A stretch of DNA of 64,000 nt from a virus. Below, piece after piece: positions 40,761-50,270 of this stretch; the stretch's first letter is position 1, and each line of letters opens with the position of its first letter. The stretch lies in IMG/VR virus record IMGVR_UViG_3300042546_000155; one strand, written 5' to 3'. Under the pieces are notes generated by a model, which worked only from the letters and a program-made list of their open reading frames with translations, was not told the origin of the DNA and did not search any database. A program made the translations under genes and the position numbers.

Positions 40761-42181
40761 TACATCATGCCCTTGAATAGTGATGGATCAAGTGGGTTAC
40801 CACCGTTAATAGTCTTCTTAACAATCTCAAATAGTTTATTCGAGTCTTGGTCGGTGTTTAGTTTCTCGTGCATATCTTTGGCGTTTTGTTCGCCTTGTGG
40901 AGCTAGACGCTTCATCATTTCCATAATCTGTCCTGATGACTGACCGAACATATTGCCAGAACCACCGCCACCTCCTCCAGAACCACTACCAGAACCACCA
41001 TATGGCATAGAACCGATACCCGGACTGGTATTATTACTTGTGATTGTATTGGCAAATGTATTAATGTTATTCAGAGTGTTTGCATCATATAGAATAGAAA
41101 TCTCGCCTTCGAAATCAATTACCTGTTTCGCTGCGCCCCAGGCAGTATCAATGGCTATTTCATAGTTTCTAAGATTTTCTCTACCAAATAGAGTAGTATC
41201 ATACTGCAAACGGTTTAGCGTTGTCATCATGTCATCTAATGTCTCACACTGTAGCAATAGACTTTCTGCCTGTTGTAAGTATGTGTTTGGATCGACTACT
41301 TTATTGACAAAGTATGCAGAACCACTATCACCAATATCATAGCCCTGACATAGAATACTAAGATTTTGTAGAGCAGCGGCTAGTTCTGGTCTATTCTGTC
41401 TTTCATATTGCTGTGTGATATATTCAATTCTATTATTGCCAGTATTAGTTGCTGGTGGAACATTACCGTAACCACCACCGCCTTGTCCTGAACCACCACG
41501 ATTACCCATGAGACCTTGAAACATCTGACTCATTGACATGACTTGGCCCATTAGACCTTGCAGCATATCAGTTGTCATCATGCTATCGTTTGTCTGTTTA
41601 GCAGTAGGTACGCTACTAATCTCTGGCAATTTAAATCCAGCCATATCAAACAAAGCACCGTGAATAGGCAGTCCTTCTAATAGTTCAAAGCGGTGTTCTT
41701 CGTTCTTTTCTTTAATCTCTCTGATCTTTGTTCCGTCTTCTGCCTGTCCTTCTTTGACTTCTGGTGGAACTTTGATGCCCAACTTTCTTTGTTTCAGTTT
41801 ACCAAATGTAGAGTTTTGGCCCATAAGACTGCCACCACCAGAACCAGTAGAAGGATTCTGTAGAGCATTAAGCTGCCCTAATACGATACCAGAAGCCGCA
41901 CCTTGTGTCTTTAATACGAGAACAGGTGTGCCAGGGTCCATAACACCAGGAAACGATTGTTGTCCGAACTGTGTAGGTGTCATGCTTAGTGGTGAGAAGT
42001 TTAGATGACCTAAATCAACCTGACCACTGTGATCCATAGGCGAATATAGTTTAGATGTGCATGATTGATCTGTAGGAAAATCACCATCTTCGGTGCCTTT
42101 CTTTTCAGGATCACCACCCGAACCAACTACACATACTTGAAATTGTCCTAGAGGACCAGGAAAATTATTTGGATCAGCCAT
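40760..42181 (-). CDS. Putative gp5 N-terminal (OB-fold-like) protein; likely start MADPNN at 42181
   Basis: TAATG coupling at 42179-42183. VCVV...DP...HLNFSPLSMTP...G..DPGTPVLVL...GIVLGQL loosely follows the gp5 OB-fold pattern; located between hub and gp5-C. Confidence 0.55.
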   Translation of the reverse strand: MADPNNFPGPLGQFQVCVVGSGGDPEKKGTEDGDFPTDQSCTSKLYSPMDHSGQVDLGHLNFSPLSMTPTQFGQQSFPGVMDPGTPVLVLKTQGAASGIVLGQLNALQNPSTGSGGGSLMGQNSTFGKLKQRKLGIKVPPEVKEGQAEDGTKIREIKEKNEEHRFELLEGLPIHGALFDMAGFKLPEISSVPTAKQTNDSMMTTDMLQGLMGQVMSMSQMFQGLMGNRGGSGQGGGGYGNVPPATNTGNNRIEYITQQYERQNRPELAAALQNLSILCQGYDIGDSGSAYFVNKVVDPNTYLQQAESLLLQCETLDDMMTTLNRLQYDTTLFGRENLRNYEIAIDTAWGAAKQVIDFEGEISILYDANTLNNINTFANTITSNNTSPGIGSMPYGGSGSGSGGGGGGSGNMFGQSSGQIMEMMKRLAPQGEQNAKDMHEKLNTDQDSNKLFEIVKKTINGGNPLDPSLFKGMM

Positions 42182-43443
42182 TAATTCATTACCCCTTGCA
42201 ATACATCTTTTGATACACAATCCATAGTGGTTGTTGAATAACCACCGAGTTGAACCTTATGCATTAATTCTGTGACTAGATACTGACCTGAGCCATATAC
42301 TAGACCACCATCTTGCTTGTTCTCCCATTTAAGTTCGATCACTTGACCGACATGCATGTATGGGTTCCATGCTGTGACCATTCTTAGAGCCACTTTGTCT
42401 CTATCTAGTAGAGCCATTCTTGCTTGACGCTTCAATAGATATCTCTCAACATCTGTTTCGCATCCATAATCTTGGTGTGAATTGCCTTTATTGGTCCATG
42501 ATTGTTTCATATTGCCGCCCTCGAAGCAGCCATTTAGACCACCAGCAATACCTTGAACAGCACCGCCTCCACCTTGACCAAGAAAATTCATACCCATATT
42601 AACTAGATTGAGAAATGTTCCTGTATTGATATTCTGACCAGACTTATTAACACCATTCAATAGATCAGTGAGATAATCAAAGTCACAAGGAAAGGTAATC
42701 ATAATAGGATATGGATTAGCAGGTGTGGTTGACGATGTTGAATCGGTTTCACCACCCTCAGAATAATAATAGGTCATCGATGAACCTTGATTGATTAGTT
42801 CTTTGAGTGATTTAAAGTTATGCTTGGTCTGACCGCCGTTTTCATATGTCATAAAGTGAACGAACGATGGATCATCACCGTCTAATGCCATATTTGCTTG
42901 CTGTGCAATGACACGGAATGGATGAATATTTTCTGCAATATAATCTCTCTGCGGCTCACACTGGCTAATTTCTCTAGAGCCTTGGTGTTTAACGCAATCG
43001 AGAGCCGCATTGACAATCTCATTAGGAGTTACACATTTCCATGACTTACTCATCAGATGTTTTGCGTCTTCTAGCAATGATTCGTCACAGGCATGAATAG
43101 TAAATTCTTCGACGGCAGAAGGACTCTGGCTAATCAAACGACGATTATCTAGGCGATATACGGTATTATTAACCGTCATATTCAATCCAGATGCACCAAA
43201 AGATTGTGTCAATGAACTAGACAAGGTAAGATTTAATTTCTCACCCTTCATGGTGTCTAGACTTTGCACAGGTGTATAGAGATATCGGTTGAATGTTATG
43301 GCAGTTTGCACACTAGGATTTAAAATACTCTCGCCCAGAATGACTTCCTTTACAGTGGTGTCATCCATCTTGAAAGAGCCAATACTACCTTTTATCGATA
43401 CACGAAACTGATCTTTGTATTGCGAATTTTTTGAAAATGCCAT
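42181..43443 (-). CDS. Baseplate hub protein (gp27-like)
   Basis: ESILNP N-terminus; FMTYEN...HNFKSL..L; C-terminal HVGQVIEL...SGQYLVTELMH..; between gp53 and gp5. Confidence 0.7.
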   Translation of the reverse strand: MAFSKNSQYKDQFRVSIKGSIGSFKMDDTTVKEVILGESILNPSVQTAITFNRYLYTPVQSLDTMKGEKLNLTLSSSLTQSFGASGLNMTVNNTVYRLDNRRLISQSPSAVEEFTIHACDESLLEDAKHLMSKSWKCVTPNEIVNAALDCVKHQGSREISQCEPQRDYIAENIHPFRVIAQQANMALDGDDPSFVHFMTYENGGQTKHNFKSLKELINQGSSMTYYYSEGGETDSTSSTTPANPYPIMITFPCDFDYLTDLLNGVNKSGQNINTGTFLNLVNMGMNFLGQGGGGAVQGIAGGLNGCFEGGNMKQSWTNKGNSHQDYGCETDVERYLLKRQARMALLDRDKVALRMVTAWNPYMHVGQVIELKWENKQDGGLVYGSGQYLVTELMHKVQLGGYSTTTMDCVSKDVLQGVMN

Positions 43444-44282
43444 TAGATTAGCCTTCTAACAAAATCTTCCTTGTGACCAGTTAGAGTATTAAACTCCAAC
43501 ATGATCTGAGAATAATACATAGGCTTAATAATTTTGATTTGCTTTTTCTTATCGTTCAATTCGTTTTCATAGTCATAGTTGGTGATAACATCGGCACGAG
43601 TATCAATAACAATAGTATCACCGTCAATGACCTCATACTCTCTAACGCCAGTAACCGATAGACCACCTTCTGTTCTTACGGAATCACGGTCGGCTGTAAA
43701 CTTTCTACTAATAGTATCAATGCGAGTAAGAGTGGTATCATCGGTCAGACTTGTTAGGTCTTGATCTGGTCCGTCTGGATAAGGAACTAGTGCCTGATCC
43801 CAGACATAATAATCAAATGGCTTACCAGCAGGATAATCTGTAAAGCGACGAGGTGAAATGATATATCTCGATTCAGTAACAGTATCCCATGTTAGATTAT
43901 GTCTAGTGACAACCTTTTCGACATGATGGACAGTCTGAACGGCTGCTTGGGAAGATCCATACTTGGCTTCAATATATGAATTGAATGCAGTATAGCCTAG
44001 AGGCCAATCGAATTGTGGATCGAAAATCTGATTGGTATATAATATGATCCAACCAGCCCCAGTATCACCATAGACCTTCTCCGCTATAATCTCTGGTGTT
44101 TCATTATCTTCAACAGTGTAAGTATAATATGTAGATAGGTTATTGATAACCTTCTTAAGAATGCCTATACGAAAGAAAATGTTGGTTACATTCTCAGTCT
44201 GTTCATATATTCTGTTCTTATTGATATCATACTTAATCGTAGGAAATACATCAAAGAACTTTGATTGTCTATTAGATGCCAT
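43443..44282 (-). CDS. gp53: Baseplate wedge component
   Basis: FFDVFPTIKYD...Y.VEDNETPEIIAEKVYGD...WIILYTN..DP.FDWPL...TNYDYENELNDKK. Confidence 0.9.
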   Translation of the reverse strand: MASNRQSKFFDVFPTIKYDINKNRIYEQTENVTNIFFRIGILKKVINNLSTYYTYTVEDNETPEIIAEKVYGDTGAGWIILYTNQIFDPQFDWPLGYTAFNSYIEAKYGSSQAAVQTVHHVEKVVTRHNLTWDTVTESRYIISPRRFTDYPAGKPFDYYVWDQALVPYPDGPDQDLTSLTDDTTLTRIDTISRKFTADRDSVRTEGGLSVTGVREYEVIDGDTIVIDTRADVITNYDYENELNDKKKQIKIIKPMYYSQIMLEFNTLTGHKEDFVRRLI

Positions 44283-44287
44283 TTAGA

Positions 44288-44800
44288 TTACCTTTTAAAT
44301 ACCCAATCTTCTACTGGTAGCTGTATTGCTTTTTCGTATTCATAAGAATATATTTCAACAAATCTCGACTTACAATGACTAAACATATACCTATGAATAC
44401 AAGGTTTAGATAACGACTCAATACCATATGTTGATTGCAGCAAATCATAATTAATAACAAATCTGGTCGACTCATCATAACGATCATTATTTCTAAATCT
44501 AGACAAACTGGCTAGCAATGCAGTTCTCTCACCGACACTAAGATAATGTAGATTCAATCCTATGAAGCCGTTAGGAACCATCTTAAATGGTATGCACATA
44601 GGAAACTTATCATACTTGGGCAGATATGCTTTGCCCTTAGGATCATACTTAAAGAAATACATACGACCTATAATCGTGGAACTTCTGCTGCGTTCATCAG
44701 ATGTGATTAGATTTCTTCTGGCAACATAAGGTTGTGCGCTTAGTGCCTTTTCTTCTAACCAATCAGATAGTTCGTCCGATGTATATTGTTTTGTTGCCAT
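44288..44800 (-). CDS. gp2: DNA end protector protein
   Basis: IGRMYFFKYDPK.K..LP.YD.FP...GFIGLNLHYL...KPCIHRY. Confidence 0.9.
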   Translation of the reverse strand: MATKQYTSDELSDWLEEKALSAQPYVARRNLITSDERSRSSTIIGRMYFFKYDPKGKAYLPKYDKFPMCIPFKMVPNGFIGLNLHYLSVGERTALLASLSRFRNNDRYDESTRFVINYDLLQSTYGIESLSKPCIHRYMFSHCKSRFVEIYSYEYEKAIQLPVEDWVFKR

Positions 44801-44814
44801 AAAGGTTATTTATC

Positions 44815-45264
44815 TTACTTTTTGCCAAACAGTTCCGTTTCTGTTATAATCTGAAATTCCCAACCTTTAAACTCACAATACTCTCTAGCCGCTTTCCACT
44901 TGGCTTGATTAACGCCATAGGTCATAACCTCAGAGATAAATCTTTTAGTGCGTCTCTTAGGCACCTTAGGCTCTAATGTTTGTGCCTTGGGTTTAACCTC
45001 TAATAGCATAGTCTTTATCGATCCATCAGGCAACATAGCTTCCACATAGAAATCGACAAAGTATCTGTGTAGTCTACCGTCAACTGGTGATCTATATGGT
45101 ATTACTATTTCTTCCGAAGACCATGCTACGATACTAGAGTTCTCATCTAGATTTTTCATTACTTGCTTCTCCCAACCAGAACGATATACGATATTGGTTG
45201 GGTCACCTCTATACTTTTTGGGAAACATTGGTTTGAAGAAGCCTTGTTTGTATTCTCTTGCCAT
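44815..45264 (-). CDS. gp4: Head completion nuclease
   Basis: KYRGDPTNIVYRSGWE...WSSEEIVIPY.SP.DGR.HRYFVDF...EVKP...NQAKW.AA. Confidence 0.93.
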   Translation of the reverse strand: MAREYKQGFFKPMFPKKYRGDPTNIVYRSGWEKQVMKNLDENSSIVAWSSEEIVIPYRSPVDGRLHRYFVDFYVEAMLPDGSIKTMLLEVKPKAQTLEPKVPKRRTKRFISEVMTYGVNQAKWKAAREYCEFKGWEFQIITETELFGKK

Positions 45265-45275
45265 CTATATACCTC

Positions 45276-45283
45276 ACTAAATA
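45276..45283 (+). promoter_or_regulatory. Late promoter variant ACTAAATA for the + strand baseplate operon
   Basis: Lies in the divergent gp4/gp48 intergenic region, upstream of an AGGAG SD. Confidence 0.6.
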
Positions 45284-45309
45284 ATATGTAGTTTACTAGG
45301 AGACAATAA

Positions 45310-46026
45310 ATGGCCATATATGAGTTTCCGTCACATCTTTATGATGATAGAAACGGGCATTACATGCGTATTACTGCTACGCCTGGCGCTATATCAGGAT
45401 CAACATTTAATCCGGCGCAAGCTGATACATTTGTATTGCCTATGCCTATGGGAAAAGATAGTTACTCATATAAGCAGAGACATACTTATGGCGATGTTAA
45501 GTTGTCACGAGTTGCACTAGGTATGATGGGTATGAGCGGCTATGCAGACGCTATTGAAACAACCGCATCATTGCTAGGCGCACCTCTAAACCCTGCAATT
45601 GAAGTTATTTACGAAAGCACAAACCTCAGAGAGTTCACATTCGCTTTTCTATTTGCACCAGAAACAGAACAAGAATCAATTGCAGTAGAAAATATCTGTA
45701 GAAGAATGAGATTCCATGCTGCACCTGAAATTCTAGGTGGCGGTACTACTGGTGCTAGACAGGGTTGGTTCGCTGCATCACCATCAAAATTTAAAATTGA
45801 CTATAATGTATTGGTCAATGGTAGATGGGAAAGAAATGATACATCTGGCACACCCAAACTACCAAAGATATACGAAGGTTACATTGATGCTATTGGTGTC
45901 AACTATGCTCCCGCTGAAGGACTGTATAGCACATTCTCGAACGGTTACCCCGTTGCAGTAGAAATGGCTATCAGTTTCAAAGAAACAAGAATTATCGACA
46001 AGAGAATGATCAACGATGGCTATTAA
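45310..46026 (+). CDS. gp48: Baseplate tail-tube cap
   Basis: LNP.IEVIYES..LREFTF.F.F.PE...ES...I...FHAAPE...VNY.P...G.PV...SFKE..I. Confidence 0.8.
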   Translation: MAIYEFPSHLYDDRNGHYMRITATPGAISGSTFNPAQADTFVLPMPMGKDSYSYKQRHTYGDVKLSRVALGMMGMSGYADAIETTASLLGAPLNPAIEVIYESTNLREFTFAFLFAPETEQESIAVENICRRMRFHAAPEILGGGTTGARQGWFAASPSKFKIDYNVLVNGRWERNDTSGTPKLPKIYEGYIDAIGVNYAPAEGLYSTFSNGYPVAVEMAISFKETRIIDKRMINDGY

Positions 46027-46681
46027 TTTTCCCAATAAACCTACCAGACTAGGACTAGATTACTTCCAGTCTTCATTGAATGATATGGGTGGTATTTCAA
46101 AACTCGCTCGCTTTGCGGTTCAGATTAAGCCTATCGGGTCAAACAGATTGACTAGTCGTCCGTATTATAGCCAGTTAAACAATCTTCTCTATGCATGTTA
46201 CGCCACAGAATTTCCTGGCAGAGGCTTTGATCTATTATCAACCAGATATTACGGTGCACCTCAGACATTTCCTATCAACTCTAAGTATGGCACAGCGGCA
46301 TTCTCTTTTATCTGCCGCAACAACAGCCTAGAAAGACAGGTGTTTGACGATTGGCAGAGTATCATCAATCCAACGACGACCTTTAATTTTGAGTATCCTA
46401 ATAGCTATTACAGTGATATTGTCATGTATCATTATTCAGAAATTGGCGAACCTAATAGACCACAAAATTCATCTGAATTACAATTGAACTATGCATGGAC
46501 ACTCAGAAAAGCCTGGCCGTCTCTTGTAAAGCCTCAGCCAGTGACATGGATGGATACCGACTTTCTATTCTTAGAAGTAGAGTTCACATATCGTTATTGG
46601 GATTACGGTGATGTTGCAGCAATCACAGGTGAATATGCCGGAGAGACAAACGCACCAGAACCTAGACCACCGAATGTTTAA
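46016..46681 (+). CDS. gp54: Tail tube initiator (gp54/gp19-like)
   Basis: ARFAVQI...C.ATEFPGR...RYYG...ERQVFDDW..I...L.KAWP...VEFTYRYW. Confidence 0.7.
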   Translation: MAINFPNKPTRLGLDYFQSSLNDMGGISKLARFAVQIKPIGSNRLTSRPYYSQLNNLLYACYATEFPGRGFDLLSTRYYGAPQTFPINSKYGTAAFSFICRNNSLERQVFDDWQSIINPTTTFNFEYPNSYYSDIVMYHYSEIGEPNRPQNSSELQLNYAWTLRKAWPSLVKPQPVTWMDTDFLFLEVEFTYRYWDYGDVAAITGEYAGETNAPEPRPPNV

Positions 46682-46697
46682 TTAATGGAGATTTATT

Positions 46698-47420
46698 ATG
46701 GAGTTACCTAAGATTGATTTGCCAACATATGATGTGAAAATACCATCAACTGGTAAAGAGATTAAAGTCAGGCCATTCACTGTAAAAGAAGAAAAGCTTT
46801 TGCTGATGGCTGTAGAGTCAAAGAACCCAAACGAGATTATTCAAACAGTCAAACAGATTATCAATAACTGTATCGTGTCTGGCAAGTTTGATGTTAACAA
46901 AGCACCTTTCTATGATGTAGACTTTTTGTTTATCTATCTTAGAGCAAAGTCTATGGGTGATAGCGTAGATATCAATCTGACATGTAAGAATGTGGTTGAT
47001 GGTGTTGAATGTGGGAATGTGTTTCCTGCAAAACTCAACATTGCCAATGCTGTTATAGAGAAGGATGATAGTATCAGTAATAAGATAGAACTGACAAATA
47101 CTACCGGTGTTAAGATGACCTATCCAACATACGATGTTATGAAAAGAATGGAATCTAATAACTCGGTAGATGTTAAGTCAAGCATCATCGCCGCTAGTAT
47201 CGAAAGCATATACGATGAAAAGGGTGTGTATAAGTCTTCCGATTACAAGTTCGAACAGCTAAAAGAATTTGTTGAAGGACTAACAGAAGAAAAGTTTAGA
47301 GTCTTGGAAAAGTATGTTGATAACTTTCCATCGTTTGCTGTAGAACTTAAAGAGAAATGCACCAAATGTGGCTTTGAGCATAATGTGAGGTACAAAGACT
47401 TCTATGATTTTTTTTTCTAA
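46698..47420 (+). CDS. gp26: Baseplate hub assembly protein
   Basis: LPKIDLPTY..IPSTG..IKVRPFTVKEEK.LL.A...D..FLF..LRAKS.G...C..CG...DFF. Confidence 0.9.
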   Translation: MELPKIDLPTYDVKIPSTGKEIKVRPFTVKEEKLLLMAVESKNPNEIIQTVKQIINNCIVSGKFDVNKAPFYDVDFLFIYLRAKSMGDSVDINLTCKNVVDGVECGNVFPAKLNIANAVIEKDDSISNKIELTNTTGVKMTYPTYDVMKRMESNNSVDVKSSIIAASIESIYDEKGVYKSSDYKFEQLKEFVEGLTEEKFRVLEKYVDNFPSFAVELKEKCTKCGFEHNVRYKDFYDFFF

Positions 47421-47422
47421 TT

Positions 47423-47662
47423 ATGGGGCAAGACAGTCTTTCTACTTTGTTTAGAACCAACTTTGCTCTAATGCAGCATCATAAGTGGGGATTGAATGAA
47501 ATAGAAAGTATGATGCCATGGGAAAGATATGTTTATATCGATCTATTGGAACAGCACATTAAAGAAGAAGACGCCAAACAAAGAGATTATGAAGCACAGG
47601 CGAGAACAAATCAGAATGTCAGCAGGGTCAATATGCAACCTGCAAAGAACAGGGTAAGGTAA
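47423..47662 (+). CDS. gp51: Baseplate hub assembly catalyst
   Basis: TNFALMQHHKW.L.EIE.MMPWER.VYI.LL. Confidence 0.9.
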   Translation: MGQDSLSTLFRTNFALMQHHKWGLNEIESMMPWERYVYIDLLEQHIKEEDAKQRDYEAQARTNQNVSRVNMQPAKNRVR

Positions 47663-47665
47663 TAA

Positions 47666-50239
47666 ATGCTTAAGTCACAATCAATATCTTTTCAGTTGTT
47701 TAAGATATTGCCTATTCAGAAAAGAATGGATCTTGCTCAAAGTCCTGATGCAGGTGCAAGCCTTCTATCTGCATTGACTCCTACTCAATTTGCCGAGTTG
47801 TTCCCAAAGTATTATCAGAGAGCATTGCCTGATGTTGAAGGCTTTCAGTTAGCCGTAACAAAAAGAACTAGAGAGCAACAGCAAAAGGCCGACGGACAGT
47901 TACAAGAAAGATTGGCTAGCCTAGAATCAACCAACTCTGAATTAAGACAGGGTATGGAAAAGCTAGGTGTAGCTAGAGCAAAAGAATTACCTAAGCTATC
48001 ACCAGAGCAAGAGGCGGCATATAATACAATTAGAACGGCTGATGTTCCTGTTAATTCCGAACAGGGTAAAATGTTTGCCTCTTTAGATAACGAAAAACTT
48101 GCCTCCGTGGGTATTACAAAGACCAAAAATGAAAAGGGTGAAGAGGTATTACATTATACTGCTCCCGTCTCTACAAGAGAAGAGGCTGTTAGCAGACTGC
48201 AAACATCTGGCGGATCAGGTGCATCTATCGGCGAGCGCCTGGCGTTTTATAGACAATATGCTGCATCAAAAGGTGTTGATCCTGACCTAGTAACGGGTAT
48301 CGTTATGAGAGAAGGTGGTGGCACCAAGAATAGAATGCAAAGATGGGCAAACGATGATCCATCGAAGTCTGGTAAGCCCGGTACTGCATATGGCGATTTC
48401 CAATTAAATGTTGGTACAACTGTTCACAGAATGGGAAATGATTTTCTCAAAAAAGGTATTCCAATGGATTCTGCACATTGGAAAGAACAAGGTATGTTCG
48501 CTATCGATCAGATTAAGAATGGTCGTGTTCATGAGTGGATGTCTGTTAAAGACAACGGCGGCATTGAGAGAATTTCTCAGATAGGTTCCAATGAATGGAG
48601 AACCCACGCTTCTTCTGCTACACCTACAAAACCCGAAGGACCAAACGGACAATATTCTGACAAGCAGATTGCAGAAATGATATCACAACTCAATCAAGAA
48701 AAAGATGCAGCACGCCGTCAGCAACTTGCCAATGTTCTACAGGGTCAAGGTGTTCAAGTTCCTCCAGGAGCTACATCATCTGGTGCTGCCCGTGTTCCTG
48801 GTAGCGTCATCGGCGGGTTCTATGGCGAATCTCAACAATGTGTGGCACTATCTAAGCACTTTGCGCCACAAGTAGGTCCTGCCTCTAGCTGGAAAATCAA
48901 TTACGATTCTTCTGGCTCAGGTATCAAGCCTGGTTCTGTCATTGCTACTACATCATATAACGATGGCTCTGGTGGTAAGATGGCTAGAACAATGCCTGAT
49001 CATCGCAGCCACTATCATACAGGTATTGCTCTATCTGCACCAGATGCTCAAGGCAATGTTCTTATTCTAGATCAGTCTGCCGGTCGTGCCGCACAGATTC
49101 ATAAGGTAAACATTCACAACTATAATGGTGAGAAGTGGGGACTTGTGCCTGGTGGACAGCCAACACCACGCTCAATGCAAGCCGTTCATATGGCTATGGG
49201 CAGTGCCAATGATATCGAGAAGACAGCTATTAGCGATTCACTAGCTGGCAAAGCACCTACAGCACAATCAACCGCACCTGTTCAAGAGGTGAAGCAGGTA
49301 ACAGAGGCAACTAATACTGTTCCTAAAACTACTGAGAAGCAAGACCCTACTCCTGTATCTAATGCACCTGCGGCTGATGCAAAACAGCAAGCACAGGAAG
49401 CAAACAAGACTGCCGTTGTTGAGAAGACAGAACAGGCTCAGCCTGCCACACAAGATACAGCAAAGACGGCCGAAGTTGCTAAGCCTGCTGAAAAAGGTCC
49501 TAGTTCATACATGCTCAATAGAAATGAATTGATTTCTGCTATTAGAAACACCGATGAATTTAAGAACACTTTTGGATCTTCACTTGCTACAGATAGCATG
49601 ATCTATGAAGGCTTCTTTAATGATGCCCGCACTCAAAAGATTATGAAAGACACTGGATCAACATATGATGCTGCATCAGGCACAGTGAAGATTGGTGATT
49701 ATAAGAAGCTACAGGAAGCCATGCCTGATATGAATGTCAGTAAGTTCCTCAAGCCACTTAAGGGTGCTGCTAGAGGTGGTAACTTTAATGTTCCTGATGG
49801 TGGTCTAACCGCTTATCGTGCTATGGAAGGTAAAGACAATACTCTAGTTGTCGATAAGAATCAAAAGCCACTATTCACTATGAATGATAAGGAAGCTGCA
49901 TCTTTTGATCCTTCACAGAATAAAGTGAAGATTGATCCTAGCTTGAAAGCAAAAGGTGATATGAGAGGACAACAGCCTTCTCAAACGACTGGTGATAATT
50001 CAGAAGTCATGAATAGCATCAACTCACTTAGAAATGATATGATGGCGAGACTTAACAGCACTCCAGCGCCTACACCAATGCAGATTAGACCTGGTATGTC
50101 GGACACAGGCAACATGATTAATAACTTGCATGATATGACTAGAACGCCATATCTGAACCCTGCATTTGAAAGAGCGGTCAGAACTGCAAATGATGGGCAG
50201 CCTTCAAATCACTTTAATTTCGGTAACAAAAACGGATAA
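47666..50239 (+). CDS. Hub/tape-measure-like virion protein with lysozyme-like and Cys-His amidase domains
   Basis: YAASKGVDPDLVTGIVMREG...AYGDFQL (transglycosylase-like); QQCVAL..FAP..G..SSW...PGSVIAT...HTGI...ILDQ (Tae2/BPSL0067-like); follows gp51. Confidence 0.65.
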   Translation: MLKSQSISFQLFKILPIQKRMDLAQSPDAGASLLSALTPTQFAELFPKYYQRALPDVEGFQLAVTKRTREQQQKADGQLQERLASLESTNSELRQGMEKLGVARAKELPKLSPEQEAAYNTIRTADVPVNSEQGKMFASLDNEKLASVGITKTKNEKGEEVLHYTAPVSTREEAVSRLQTSGGSGASIGERLAFYRQYAASKGVDPDLVTGIVMREGGGTKNRMQRWANDDPSKSGKPGTAYGDFQLNVGTTVHRMGNDFLKKGIPMDSAHWKEQGMFAIDQIKNGRVHEWMSVKDNGGIERISQIGSNEWRTHASSATPTKPEGPNGQYSDKQIAEMISQLNQEKDAARRQQLANVLQGQGVQVPPGATSSGAARVPGSVIGGFYGESQQCVALSKHFAPQVGPASSWKINYDSSGSGIKPGSVIATTSYNDGSGGKMARTMPDHRSHYHTGIALSAPDAQGNVLILDQSAGRAAQIHKVNIHNYNGEKWGLVPGGQPTPRSMQAVHMAMGSANDIEKTAISDSLAGKAPTAQSTAPVQEVKQVTEATNTVPKTTEKQDPTPVSNAPAADAKQQAQEANKTAVVEKTEQAQPATQDTAKTAEVAKPAEKGPSSYMLNRNELISAIRNTDEFKNTFGSSLATDSMIYEGFFNDARTQKIMKDTGSTYDAASGTVKIGDYKKLQEAMPDMNVSKFLKPLKGAARGGNFNVPDGGLTAYRAMEGKDNTLVVDKNQKPLFTMNDKEAASFDPSQNKVKIDPSLKAKGDMRGQQPSQTTGDNSEVMNSINSLRNDMMARLNSTPAPTPMQIRPGMSDTGNMINNLHDMTRTPYLNPAFERAVRTANDGQPSNHFNFGNKNG

Positions 50240-50264
50240 AAAAGGGGAGCATTTCTGCTCCCCT
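50238..50264 (-). terminator. Rho-independent terminator between convergent genes
   Basis: AGGGGAGCA-GAAA-TGCTCCCCT followed by a T-run on the minus strand, just after the gp32 stop. Confidence 0.88.
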
Positions 50265-50270
50265 GTATTA

